Origin: an uncultured Candidatus Saccharibacteria bacterium
Lineage (GTDB): Bacteria > Patescibacteriota > Dojkabacteria > GCA-002793355
Direction: 5' to 3'
Length of the DNA stretch: 64,000 nucleotides
Assembly: GCA_964525295.1 (NCBI GenBank)
Contig: CAZGEO010000001.1
Location: 73,671 to 137,670, forward strand
Part shown: positions 7,418 through 16,543 of the stretch, in pieces
Layout: every line of letters begins with the position of its first letter
How positions within the stretch are numbered: position 1 is the first letter of the stretch
The notes under the pieces: generated by a model
What the model saw: only the letters and a program-made list of their open reading frames with translations
Told to the model about the DNA's origin: nothing
Database searches by the model: none
Made by a program: the position numbers and the translations under genes

Positions 7418-8074
7418 ATGACCAATGTCATCCTTATTCCTGGATTTGGTGAATATCCTGAAACAAAGACCTTTCAAACACTTGCTGAACAACTGAAATC
7501 GGCTAATTATAATGTCACAACACTCGCTTGGCCACATTATCCAGAAAACCTCGCAGATTATTCGATTTCAGCGACACTTGAAGCGGGAAGAACACTTCTT
7601 TCACGTTTACATATTTCAGGTGAAAAATATATTTTGCATGCGAACTCAATGGGGGGAATCATTGCAATTATATTAGCTGCAGAATTTCACCCAGAAAAGG
7701 TCTCACTCACAGTAAGTCCATTTCAAGCTGGCACCAATGACGACCTCGCAGGAAAATATAAGGAATGGAAAGAAACTGGCTATCGAACGTTTACTTCATC
7801 AAAATACGGTGAATTGCAGATTCCTTTTACTTTTATCGAAGACGCACGACAATACAACGCTCTCGATTACATTAAGCGAGTTACCTGCCCAATTTCTTTT
7901 ATAGCGGGAGAACTTGATCAAAACGTCCCTTGGACCAGTACACGCAGACTTTACGATCAAGCAAACGAGCCCAAAAATTGGCACCTAATTGAAGGAATGG
8001 AGCACAGGTTCCAGTATCAAGAGGAAAAGTTACAGCTTGTTAATGAATTAATTATAAATTTCATACAGAACTAA
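7418..8074 (+). CDS. alpha/beta-hydrolase fold serine hydrolase
   Basis: GxSxG nucleophile elbow HANSMGG, with the size and pattern of small esterases/thioesterases. Confidence 0.55.
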   Translation: MTNVILIPGFGEYPETKTFQTLAEQLKSANYNVTTLAWPHYPENLADYSISATLEAGRTLLSRLHISGEKYILHANSMGGIIAIILAAEFHPEKVSLTVSPFQAGTNDDLAGKYKEWKETGYRTFTSSKYGELQIPFTFIEDARQYNALDYIKRVTCPISFIAGELDQNVPWTSTRRLYDQANEPKNWHLIEGMEHRFQYQEEKLQLVNELIINFIQN

Positions 8075-8080
8075 AAAAGT

Positions 8081-8977
8081 ATGTCACTAAAACTTACTGA
8101 AAAGAAACTTATTCGCAAAAATTTACGATTTTCGACTTTTTTCGCAAAATTTGGAAGAAGAAAAGTTTTCGTAAAGAAGGCCAATACAGTAAAATTAATT
8201 AAGCGGTTATACCGAGAAATTTCTGGAATGCACATACTTGCAGAACTCGATCCACTTAAGAAATTTTATGATGTTCCAAAGATTATTCAGCTTGACAACA
8301 ATACCTTAATAACGACCTGGATTGAAGGAACACCTTTGCTAGATTATCTCGAAAATCATGATTTCTTCTCAAAATATATTCCAAAACTAATTCGCATATA
8401 CGGGTTTATTGACGAAAGGTCTCCAAGTAGCAAAGGCATTACCATTCTCAATAATCCAAAAAGTAAACCTATGATCGATAGATTACTTGAAAAGATTTCT
8501 CTAACTAAAGCTGCTACATTGCTCAACAAAAAAAAGATTCTATTAATTGCAAATTATGCTAAGAAACATTTATCTTCACTTGAAGCAAAGTTTGCTCATG
8601 GTGATTTACAGCCAGCAAACGTATTAATCGATAAAAAAGGAAATTTTAATATCATAGACTGCGAGTCTTGCTCATTTCTCTGGCCTCGTCATTATGAAAT
8701 CGTCAATTTTGTTTTCAATTATTCCTACATTCATCCTGATAAGGCAATATTCTTAAAAAATTGTATAAAAGATTACATTAAAAATTTACAAATGCCCAAA
8801 GAACAAATACTGCAACAATTGAATACAATTGCTGCTATCAGATGGCTTTCAATAATCGTTGAACAACTCACCAATCATACCGAAATTGCGCACGAAACGC
8901 TTGCCCCTGAAAAGTTACTTCAGTTAAATCATATTGCAGAAAATATACTTTCCGAAAAACGGTATTTTTTTGAATAA
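8081..8977 (+). CDS. protein-kinase-like phosphotransferase (APH/CotS/choline-kinase family)
   Basis: Catalytic loop HGDLQPANVLID and a downstream IDCE resembling the metal-binding D of the DFG motif. Confidence 0.5.
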   Translation: MSLKLTEKKLIRKNLRFSTFFAKFGRRKVFVKKANTVKLIKRLYREISGMHILAELDPLKKFYDVPKIIQLDNNTLITTWIEGTPLLDYLENHDFFSKYIPKLIRIYGFIDERSPSSKGITILNNPKSKPMIDRLLEKISLTKAATLLNKKKILLIANYAKKHLSSLEAKFAHGDLQPANVLIDKKGNFNIIDCESCSFLWPRHYEIVNFVFNYSYIHPDKAIFLKNCIKDYIKNLQMPKEQILQQLNTIAAIRWLSIIVEQLTNHTEIAHETLAPEKLLQLNHIAENILSEKRYFFE

Positions 8978-8996
8978 TTTATATTTTTAATTATTT

Positions 8997-9440
8997 ATGT
9001 CCACTTTTAGAGAAGACCAAGAAATTCGTCTAGATCACCAGCAATCACGCGCTATCGTAATCAAAGAGGGAATGCTCCTTACCATGTTTCGAAGAAAAAA
9101 TGGTGAAGAATACTACGTCATCCCAGGCGGTCATATGCAAATAGGAGAAACACCCGAACAAACCGCGATTCGTGAAGTTGAAGAGGAAACTACCGTAAAA
9201 ATCGGCAACTTAAGACCAGCCTACGAAATTACTGATTACGCAAAAATTAAAAAAGTTGAAAAGGAATACTATTTCGTTGCCGACTGGGTTTCAGGTGAAC
9301 CGATACTTTCGGGTGAAGAATCAAGACGTTCAGTACTTGAAAACTATTATGAACCACGCTGGTTACCTCTTAACGAAATCGATGCGGTGTCATTCTATCC
9401 TGTTCAGCTGAAAGAATGGATTAAAAAGAATTTGTGCTAA
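8997..9440 (+). CDS. NUDIX hydrolase
   Basis: Nudix box PGGHMQIGETPEQTAIREVEEETTV. Confidence 0.75.
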   Translation: MSTFREDQEIRLDHQQSRAIVIKEGMLLTMFRRKNGEEYYVIPGGHMQIGETPEQTAIREVEEETTVKIGNLRPAYEITDYAKIKKVEKEYYFVADWVSGEPILSGEESRRSVLENYYEPRWLPLNEIDAVSFYPVQLKEWIKKNLC

Positions 9441-9622
9441 ATCTTAATATTTCTTTTCTTAATCTCTTCTAGAATTTTTCCTGTAATCGGACGACAAGGA
9501 CAATTTTTGGCGTGTTCTACATGCCAAGCGATTCGCTGATCTAGTGTCGGATTTTTTGGCATCTTATTTGCCATGTGCCATTCCGCATTAATCTTTCCCA
9601 TGTTATTTATTTGCTTTAACAA
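9437..9622 (-). CDS. small Cys-containing hypothetical protein
   Basis: 61 aa with a CPCRP motif. Overlaps the next gene by 20 nt. Confidence 0.35.
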   Translation of the reverse strand: MLKQINNMGKINAEWHMANKMPKNPTLDQRIAWHVEHAKNCPCRPITGKILEEIKKRNIKI

Positions 9623-10022
9623 TCAAATCAGCCAACACTTTCATATCAATGTCACTTAATCGTTTTACATACAAACAAATCTTCCCAACAGAATGTTTCC
9701 CGATCTTTTGCAACAAGTCGGCATACTTTTCTGCACCACCACGCAAAACATATAAAGAAAAAGATCCTTTTCTGGGCGAAAAGCCAATTTTAAACCATTC
9801 AAGTTCTCTTCCGCTTGCATACTTCAATTTTTCAGTTCCAAAACCTACCATCGTATCACCCCACATGACTGGAACTTCTCCAGAAATTTCACTAAATATT
9901 GCTAGAAGTTTCTCAGATTCGAGACGTTGTTCAGTATTCGCAATTTCTGAAATAAATTTTGCTACACTTTTGTTATTTCGCTTTGTTTTGAGTTCTGCTA
10001 CCGCCATAGGATTTCTATACAA
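9603..10022 (-). CDS. DUF1801-like (YdhG-type) protein
   Basis: Size and sequence pattern shared with the ORF at 10065-10421 (FSxxGxxxxxxK, GxxLxxF). Confidence 0.45.
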   Translation of the reverse strand: MYRNPMAVAELKTKRNNKSVAKFISEIANTEQRLESEKLLAIFSEISGEVPVMWGDTMVGFGTEKLKYASGRELEWFKIGFSPRKGSFSLYVLRGGAEKYADLLQKIGKHSVGKICLYVKRLSDIDMKVLADLIVKANK

Positions 10023-10064
10023 TTTAGGTTAACATGAGTGTATCTGAATTTGTTTGAAAGATAA

Positions 10065-10421
10065 ATGCTGAATCAAAAGATCTCGTTTGATGAATATTTC
10101 CTGCAATTTCCGAGTGAGACACAAGAGAAATTGCAGCTTATCAGAAAACTTGTTAAAGAACTCGTTCCTGAAGCCATCGAAGGGTTTAGTTATGGAATTC
10201 CTACGTTTGATTATAAAGGGAAACACCTTATTCATTTCGCTGGATATAAGGCTCATATTGGCGTTTACCCAACCGCAACCGGAGTTAGTAAATTCGAAAG
10301 TGATTTATCACCCTACAAAACGGCAAAAGGAACAATTCAGTTACCGCTCAATAAAGAAATTCCGTTTGATTTGTTAAAAAAGATTGTTGAATTTCGCAAA
10401 GCGGAAATCGATGTAAATTAG
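10065..10421 (+). CDS. DUF1801-like (YdhG-type) protein
   Basis: Paralogous to 9603-10022, in a convergent pair. Confidence 0.45.
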   Translation: MLNQKISFDEYFLQFPSETQEKLQLIRKLVKELVPEAIEGFSYGIPTFDYKGKHLIHFAGYKAHIGVYPTATGVSKFESDLSPYKTAKGTIQLPLNKEIPFDLLKKIVEFRKAEIDVN

Positions 10422-10424
10422 GAA

Positions 10425-11183
10425 TCACTGTTTAGAAAACCACGGAACAAAAACACTTGTTTTTCGTTTATATTCTTCCCAATCTGGCCTGCCTTCATAT
10501 TTCTTCTCAAGCAAGGGAACTCCAGAGACGTAACGCAAAAGAACTGTAATTGTTATTGGACTAATAACAACAAAAGGATTTCCCGTTGTAACCGCTATTA
10601 ACCAAATTCCCCACCATTGCAGCGCTTCACCAAAATAATTTGGATGCCTTGTATATTGCCATAGCCCAGAGGTCATTAATTTCCCTTTATTTTCAGGTTT
10701 AGAAATGAATTCCTTTAGTTGAGCATCTCCAACGACTTCAAAATAAAACCCAATAAGCCAAACTAAGACTCCCAAAAATGATTGCAAAGATAACGAAAAG
10801 AGAGCGGTCGTATTAATGGCAATAATTGGTAGAGAAATTAAAAACATGAAAAACCCTTGCAACATGTATATTTGCAGATAACTTCGCGCTATGAAATACT
10901 TCCAAGTTTTTCGCCATTCCAAATAACGATAATCTTCACCTTTTTTACTATTGCGTAGAAATATATGAAAAGCTAATCGAGCTCCCCATACAGTCACCAA
11001 AATATTGACCAATACACTTGAAGTAGAGTAACCTCCAATTGCCCAAGCTCCCCATGCAATAACTATAAACCCAATTCCCCATGCGATATCGGCTATGTCA
11101 TTTCGTTTCAATACTAAACCAATTAGAAACCACGAAGTCATATAAAACCAAACGACAATCGCGATCACTATGAACGGATTCAT
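10425..11183 (-). CDS. DUF1295 / steroid-5alpha-reductase / ICMT-like membrane protein
   Basis: YTRHPNYFGEALQWWGIW C-terminal signature. The start was moved to the Met whose ATG forms an ATGA overlap with the upstream stop. The ORF track extends it to 11249. Confidence 0.5.
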   Translation of the reverse strand: MNPFIVIAIVVWFYMTSWFLIGLVLKRNDIADIAWGIGFIVIAWGAWAIGGYSTSSVLVNILVTVWGARLAFHIFLRNSKKGEDYRYLEWRKTWKYFIARSYLQIYMLQGFFMFLISLPIIAINTTALFSLSLQSFLGVLVWLIGFYFEVVGDAQLKEFISKPENKGKLMTSGLWQYTRHPNYFGEALQWWGIWLIAVTTGNPFVVISPITITVLLRYVSGVPLLEKKYEGRPDWEEYKRKTSVFVPWFSKQ

Positions 11184-11578
11184 AAACCAAGCCATTTTGC
11201 CATAATAAATGAGAAGCCGGCAACCATTGTTGATAATGAAGTGCCCCAAATAAGATCAATAATTGTAATTGACAATGGCCAATCTTTGATTGTTGCAAGA
11301 TTTGTTAAGTCGTAGGTTGCATAGGTTATTAAGCCAAACAATGCACCAAGGCTCAAGGCCATCACTAAACTATTCTTTTCTACCGCAGGTTGTAATACGA
11401 AAATTACTACCCCCACAATGAAAAGAAAATAAAACAGCAATGCTGCTACCCAATTAACATTGGTTTTCATTAAATAACCAAGTTGTTGAGCATACAAATT
11501 CTTTGCGACAACTCCGAGCCAAACGAGGTCGATAGCTAGAAAGATTGGCAAAGCAATTAAATATAGTTTGATGAACAT
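11180..11578 (-). CDS. small polytopic membrane protein (DUF2177-like)
   Basis: Four predicted TM helices, 132 aa. Confidence 0.4.
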   Translation of the reverse strand: MFIKLYLIALPIFLAIDLVWLGVVAKNLYAQQLGYLMKTNVNWVAALLFYFLFIVGVVIFVLQPAVEKNSLVMALSLGALFGLITYATYDLTNLATIKDWPLSITIIDLIWGTSLSTMVAGFSFIMAKWLGL

Positions 11579-11640
11579 GAAACATTATACACATATTTAC
11601 ATTACTCATCATTAATAATTAGTAATTAATAATTGTTAAT

Positions 11641-12618
11641 GTGCTACCATACTCCATGGCGAAATTATTCATAGAAAACATCACCGCCGGGACCAAAGGT
11701 TTCGACGAACTATTCAGTATTAAAGAGATTCAAAAGCATCAAACCAAAACAGGAGACAGCTATTATCGAGTCACCTTGCAAGACAAAACTGGCAGCGTTG
11801 ATGCAAAAATCTGGAAAGATTCATTCTTGCTCACCAATGCAGAGAACTTATCTTCTAGCGACGTAATTAAGGCAGATTTTGAAGCTTCCGAATATATGGG
11901 CAAGTTGCAACTCACGCTCAAGCGAGCAGAAAAAGTCACCGAGTACGACATGAATGATTTGGTGAAAATGACCGATAAAAATCTTGACGAACTGTACGCA
12001 AAAATCGTAGCAATCCTAGAAACAGCAAAAGATGCTCATATTCGTGGACTGTGTCTGCGTTTTATAAAAGACCCTGAAATCGCGGAAAAACTTAAGTTCG
12101 CGATTGCAGCAGAAAAAGTCCATCACGATTACATCGGTGGCTTGATGGAACATATGCTTGAAATGTTCGCACTCGCAGAAACTCTGATGACTTTTTACCC
12201 ACGAGCGAATCGAAGTATTGTTCTCGCAGGTATTTTATTCCATGATATTGGCAAATTATACGAACTTGGATTAGAAAAGACCAGCTTTATCCGTACAATT
12301 TCTGGCTATTTAATTGGCCACATCACAATCGGGATTGAAATGTTCAATAAAGCATTACCACCAGATTTCCCAGAAGAAAAAAAACTTGCTATCGAACATA
12401 TTATTCTTTCACATCATAAAGAAATTGAATATGGGGCAGTTATGCGACCTGCTACTATAGAAGCAATCATTGTTGCCATGGTAGATTATGCATCAAGCCA
12501 CACCAGACAATTCCAAAAAGAACTTGACGAAGGAAATCCTGACGAAGCCGGGTTTGGAGCATATCAACCGTTCCAAAAAATCAGAATTTACCACAAAGAG
12601 ATTGTTGAAGAAGAGTAG
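11641..12618 (+). CDS. OB-fold + HD-domain phosphohydrolase (YhaM-like 3'-5' exoribonuclease family)
   Basis: N-terminal OB-like region, then HD motifs (HDYIGGLMEHMLEM ... FHDIGKLYE ... SHHK). ~325 aa, as in YhaM. Confidence 0.55.
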   Translation: MLPYSMAKLFIENITAGTKGFDELFSIKEIQKHQTKTGDSYYRVTLQDKTGSVDAKIWKDSFLLTNAENLSSSDVIKADFEASEYMGKLQLTLKRAEKVTEYDMNDLVKMTDKNLDELYAKIVAILETAKDAHIRGLCLRFIKDPEIAEKLKFAIAAEKVHHDYIGGLMEHMLEMFALAETLMTFYPRANRSIVLAGILFHDIGKLYELGLEKTSFIRTISGYLIGHITIGIEMFNKALPPDFPEEKKLAIEHIILSHHKEIEYGAVMRPATIEAIIVAMVDYASSHTRQFQKELDEGNPDEAGFGAYQPFQKIRIYHKEIVEEE

Positions 12619-12777
12619 AGGAAGGTATTAAAGCATTAAAGTATTAAAGCACTAATGCGATAAGGCAAGGAAGCGTTAATGCGTTGTACTAATGCGATGA
12701 AGCATTAAAGCAGTGAAGCTCTAATACTATAAAGCACCAATGTCATAAGTGTGAGTTACATAATACGCGTCAAGTTT
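12619..12777. repeat. degenerate tandem array of 8-9 nt units (TTAAAGCAN / TAATGCGAT) between convergent genes
   Basis: The array reads gtattaaagca ttaaagta ttaaagcac taatgcgat ... ttaatgcg .. taatgcgat gaagca ttaaagcag tgaagctc. Related arrays at 35445-35535, 48110-48190 and 61085-61190. Confidence 0.55.
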
Positions 12778-13998
12778 TTACTCCCAGGCAAGTTCGGCAA
12801 GAACTCCATTTGAGCTAACTTGCATTCGCCATGCATGCCCAACATCAAAAAAATCCCTTGGTGATAATGCAATGCACTCTACGCCAGGTAATTCATGATT
12901 AAATTTTACCTGTTCAGAAGAGATCATCGAGGTTGGATCACCTTTCGATTCATGAGCATGCTTGGTATTTGCAATCGTTGCAGTACTAACTATGGCCAAC
13001 GGCTTAGCAATTGATGAATTATCTTTAAAAAATTTTATTACATTGTTTAATTCTGACTGACTAACAAGCAAGACCCTACCTTCGAAATCATTCATATTTA
13101 CATGATTCGATTCATATTCCATTCCTCCCCAAGATATGACTTCTCCCTCACAAAATGGAATTGCTCCAGAAACTAGACCCGAGTAGCATCTATTTTTGAA
13201 AGTAAATTCGACAACATTTTCTTGTGGAAAGTTTTTATTAAATATTTGCCATGGAGTGGGACGTAATTGCACAAGATGGAATTCGCCATTATTTATTACA
13301 ACCACTTCCAATTGAATAGGAAAATACAATCCAATTTTTCTAGCTACTTCTGGCAATTCTTCTCCTACAAAACGGAGTAATTCACTTTTCGTAAACTGAT
13401 CATCTGATAAGAATGAAGTACGAAATTTATCATGAATAAGAGATTTCAATTTGCCTGATTCAAGTACAGCGACATCAGGCATTGCACAACAAGTTACGTA
13501 TTTTTCACTTGCTGAAGGGTCTTCTTTATCAAAGCCAGATGCTATTCGCGCATAAGAATTTGTATTTATAGATGCGGGGATCCAATCAATTGTCAACCAA
13601 TATCTTGCCCCTTCAACCAATTTCTGCCAAAAATGTGATTGCGTTTCAGTCTTAACACCTGCCAAAGGATTTAACCAATCGGTATCTGGTGCAGAATATC
13701 GTAATCGCCACCCAATAGAATCCTCTGGTTTAACTAAGCTTAGATCTGGAACTTTGAGATTGAGTAATTCTGTGTGCTGAGCCAACAACTTTGCGACCGC
13801 AAGACCGAATGCTTTTCCACCGCCAGACAGTCTTATCCCTTCTTGTGTTTCAACAGGCAATTCATACTTCTCTTGTAATCTATTTTCGAACTGCTGCAAA
13901 GAAGCTGGTGTATAGCTCCAAAATTCCGAAGGAATTGCTCCTTTGGGGTTAATATCGCGCTCAAACGAATAAGTATTAAACGAATTCTTATTTGTCAT
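12778..13998 (-). CDS. hypothetical protein with PEP-utilising-enzyme (PPDK_N-like) nucleotide-binding motif
   Basis: N-terminal LSGGGKAFGLAV resembles the GGKxxxL motif of pyruvate-phosphate dikinase / PEP synthase N-domains. Confidence 0.35.
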   Translation of the reverse strand: MTNKNSFNTYSFERDINPKGAIPSEFWSYTPASLQQFENRLQEKYELPVETQEGIRLSGGGKAFGLAVAKLLAQHTELLNLKVPDLSLVKPEDSIGWRLRYSAPDTDWLNPLAGVKTETQSHFWQKLVEGARYWLTIDWIPASINTNSYARIASGFDKEDPSASEKYVTCCAMPDVAVLESGKLKSLIHDKFRTSFLSDDQFTKSELLRFVGEELPEVARKIGLYFPIQLEVVVINNGEFHLVQLRPTPWQIFNKNFPQENVVEFTFKNRCYSGLVSGAIPFCEGEVISWGGMEYESNHVNMNDFEGRVLLVSQSELNNVIKFFKDNSSIAKPLAIVSTATIANTKHAHESKGDPTSMISSEQVKFNHELPGVECIALSPRDFFDVGHAWRMQVSSNGVLAELAWE

Positions 13999-14000
13999 GA

Positions 14001-14408
14001 CTAACTAAGCTTTTTTATATTCTCGGCATTTGAGAATTTTTCGAGATTGATATATCTCAACTCTAAAATCTTTCCTGGCTCCATTATTTTTGGCTCTCCA
14101 GAAACAATTCGTCCCGTATAGTAAAGAAATGTCCAAATACCATCCCCATAGGGTTTTTCTGAAATACCAAAAAGACCTGTAATTTGTACTTGAATTCCCA
14201 GTTCTTCCATCGTTTCTCGAATAGCACAGTCACGCAATGTTTCGCCAATTTGTAGCTTTCCGCCAGGAGGAACCCAAACCCCACCAGGAATCTCTTTATT
14301 TAGTAATTCAGCTAAATACAAACCTTCCTTGTTACTGATTAAGACAGAAGCACAAACCTTCAATTGTTCTTTAAATTGCTTATTTGCCTCAGCCAATGTT
14401 ATAGTCAT
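14001..14408 (-). CDS. NUDIX hydrolase
   Basis: Nudix box PPGGKLQIGETLRDCAIRETMEELGIQV. Confidence 0.75.
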   Translation of the reverse strand: MTITLAEANKQFKEQLKVCASVLISNKEGLYLAELLNKEIPGGVWVPPGGKLQIGETLRDCAIRETMEELGIQVQITGLFGISEKPYGDGIWTFLYYTGRIVSGEPKIMEPGKILELRYINLEKFSNAENIKKLS

Positions 14409-14485
14409 AGTAATGATTATTATCTTATGCGAATATTGTATAGTGACTTAAACATAATATCTTTACTTTATTCTTACCAATTAAA

Positions 14486-15421
14486 ATGATCTTTATTTGC
14501 GAGTACTCTCCTAGAAATGATGCCGATATTCTTTATCATAATCTTGAGCAAATAAAAAAAGGTAATTATCAAAGAAAAGGCATTCTTATTTTCGATGGAA
14601 TATCTGAAAATTGTCCTATTCCATATGCGAATATCCCGATACAAAAATTGTTAAATAAAAGTAACCTTGAAATTTTACCTCAAAATACAGTAGTTAGTAT
14701 TGAGCATCAATGGAAAACATTCGAACCAAAGATAACAATCTTGCTTGAAAAATTTCTACACACGCATAATATTAAATCTATTCGAATACATCCTACCAGC
14801 TATGGTGTTCGAGGTACTCAAATCGAAACACAACCAGGAGAAATTGAAATCTGGCACAGAATTGACTTTCCCATACAGTTTGTTGCAATAACGATAATTG
14901 AGGCCGTTATTTACAAATATCTTTCACAAAACGAAGATCATGGTGATATTTACTCTGGAGCACCTTATCAATACAAGGGTGCGGTTCTAGATTTTCTTTT
15001 TAACAACTCTGTGTTTTCTGAACTAGTTCCAAATTACAAAGGATTAGCGAAACAAATGGCTATTCCAGAAATAAGTAAAACTTTACTTGATGAGAGTTCA
15101 GAAAATTATGCAAAACTTGGTGTTACGATTGAAGATTCGCTGTCAATAAAAGACGAGGGCATTTATCTTTTTGGCAAAAAAATTCGTTCACTTACACATA
15201 ATCAAAAGATGATTCTTATGACCTTAGTTAATGCGAATTCAAACATTGTAACTTTTGATGAAATCGCAAAAAAACTTTGGGGGGAAAATTCCAAGGAAAA
15301 ATTTTCTCTTAACGCAATTTCAAAAAATATTCACGATTTACGCGATAAACTTCGCGCTACAGGATTGCAAAAAGAGATTATTTTTACAAAACGTAAAGAA
15401 GGATACTGGCTTGAGAAATAA
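14486..15421 (+). CDS. OmpR/PhoB-type winged-helix DNA-binding protein without a receiver domain
   Basis: C-terminal trans_reg_C pattern (LTxNQKMILMTLVNANSNIVTFDEIAKKLWGEN ... IHDLRDKL ... TKRKEGYWL). Confidence 0.5.
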   Translation: MIFICEYSPRNDADILYHNLEQIKKGNYQRKGILIFDGISENCPIPYANIPIQKLLNKSNLEILPQNTVVSIEHQWKTFEPKITILLEKFLHTHNIKSIRIHPTSYGVRGTQIETQPGEIEIWHRIDFPIQFVAITIIEAVIYKYLSQNEDHGDIYSGAPYQYKGAVLDFLFNNSVFSELVPNYKGLAKQMAIPEISKTLLDESSENYAKLGVTIEDSLSIKDEGIYLFGKKIRSLTHNQKMILMTLVNANSNIVTFDEIAKKLWGENSKEKFSLNAISKNIHDLRDKLRATGLQKEIIFTKRKEGYWLEK

Positions 15422-15488
15422 TGTCCTAATCATCGTGAAAAGCGACACTTTTTCTGTACAAAAATATCCAATTACGTTATAATGCGTC

Positions 15489-15776
15489 ATGCTATTCAGG
15501 TTTATTGCGCAAATCGGGTACACTATACTGATAGTCATTGAAACTTTACTCTCACTTAGGTTCATTTTAAAATTCGTAAACATAAGTGACTCAGCGCAAA
15601 TAATCAAATGGCTTTATACTTTCACCGATAAAATTTTATTTCCTTTCATGGGAATTGTGCCAGATTCATCAAAGTTTCTAGGCTTCACCATCGAATGGAC
15701 AACGTTGCTAGTTATCTTAGTAATCACTATCTGCGGATACGCATTAAATGAAATAATCAAGGCATTTCAGGCATGA
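15489..15776 (+). CDS. YggT-family membrane protein
   Basis: 95 aa, two TM helices, typical YGGT size and pattern. Confidence 0.55.
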   Translation: MLFRFIAQIGYTILIVIETLLSLRFILKFVNISDSAQIIKWLYTFTDKILFPFMGIVPDSSKFLGFTIEWTTLLVILVITICGYALNEIIKAFQA

Positions 15777-16543
15777 GCGAAAATCTTTCACCACTCCCCA
15801 TTACCATTACTTCAGACGGCATTTCAGTTGATGAGAGTTTTTTGACAATCACAAAATCAAGGTCTTTTCTTTCTCGACATCTTAGACGTTACTATTTAAG
15901 CGTGTCAACCGTGTATCCAAAAATTATATATAAAACATTTTGGATAGAAGAACGTGTTCCAGGTCTACTAGCTAAATCAGGAATGAAGCTTAAAGCAACA
16001 TACCTTTACTCTGACATCGTTGGCATAGAATTCGCAAAAACAAAAACAATTTGCTCTGTTGGAACATCACGTTTACTTGAAGTAGTTCAAGGTAATGGTC
16101 TCATTATTCTACAGCACGCGACTAAATCACTTCTGGATGAAGCGATACCTTATGTTATTCACATAGAGGCCGGCAAAAAGGCCGTTATTCCAGCAAACTG
16201 GGATTATGCTATTGTTAATACAGGCAAAGAACCTCTAGTGACTTTGGAACTTTATAATGGAGATCAACAACTTCACAAATGCAATTGTGAGAAGAAGGGT
16301 AGTGGTATTTATGTCATTGAACGCAATGGTATTCCTGAAATTGTGAAGAACTCACAATACAAAAACGTCGGTAAATATGCTACAGTTAACTCAGAAGAAT
16401 ATGTTACTGCTCTCGAACTTGACCCAACAATACCGTTGGCTGAACAATTACCTGCGTTTACTCAGTCTCGCTGGTTTGCTTGCGATTTGTACGATTGGCA
16501 TCAGCCACTTGATCGCTCAAGCATTACCTCAATCAGTTTCTAG
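15773..16543 (+). CDS. hypothetical protein (possible cupin-like)
   Basis: No decisive motif. The 3' 167 nt overlap the next ORF. Confidence 0.35.
   Translation: MSENLSPLPITITSDGISVDESFLTITKSRSFLSRHLRRYYLSVSTVYPKIIYKTFWIEERVPGLLAKSGMKLKATYLYSDIVGIEFAKTKTICSVGTSRLLEVVQGNGLIILQHATKSLLDEAIPYVIHIEAGKKAVIPANWDYAIVNTGKEPLVTLELYNGDQQLHKCNCEKKGSGIYVIERNGIPEIVKNSQYKNVGKYATVNSEEYVTALELDPTIPLAEQLPAFTQSRWFACDLYDWHQPLDRSSITSISF

Noticed and set aside
12619-12777. CRISPR array
   Set aside because: The units are 8-9 nt and degenerate, with no spacers and no cas genes. This is not a CRISPR.
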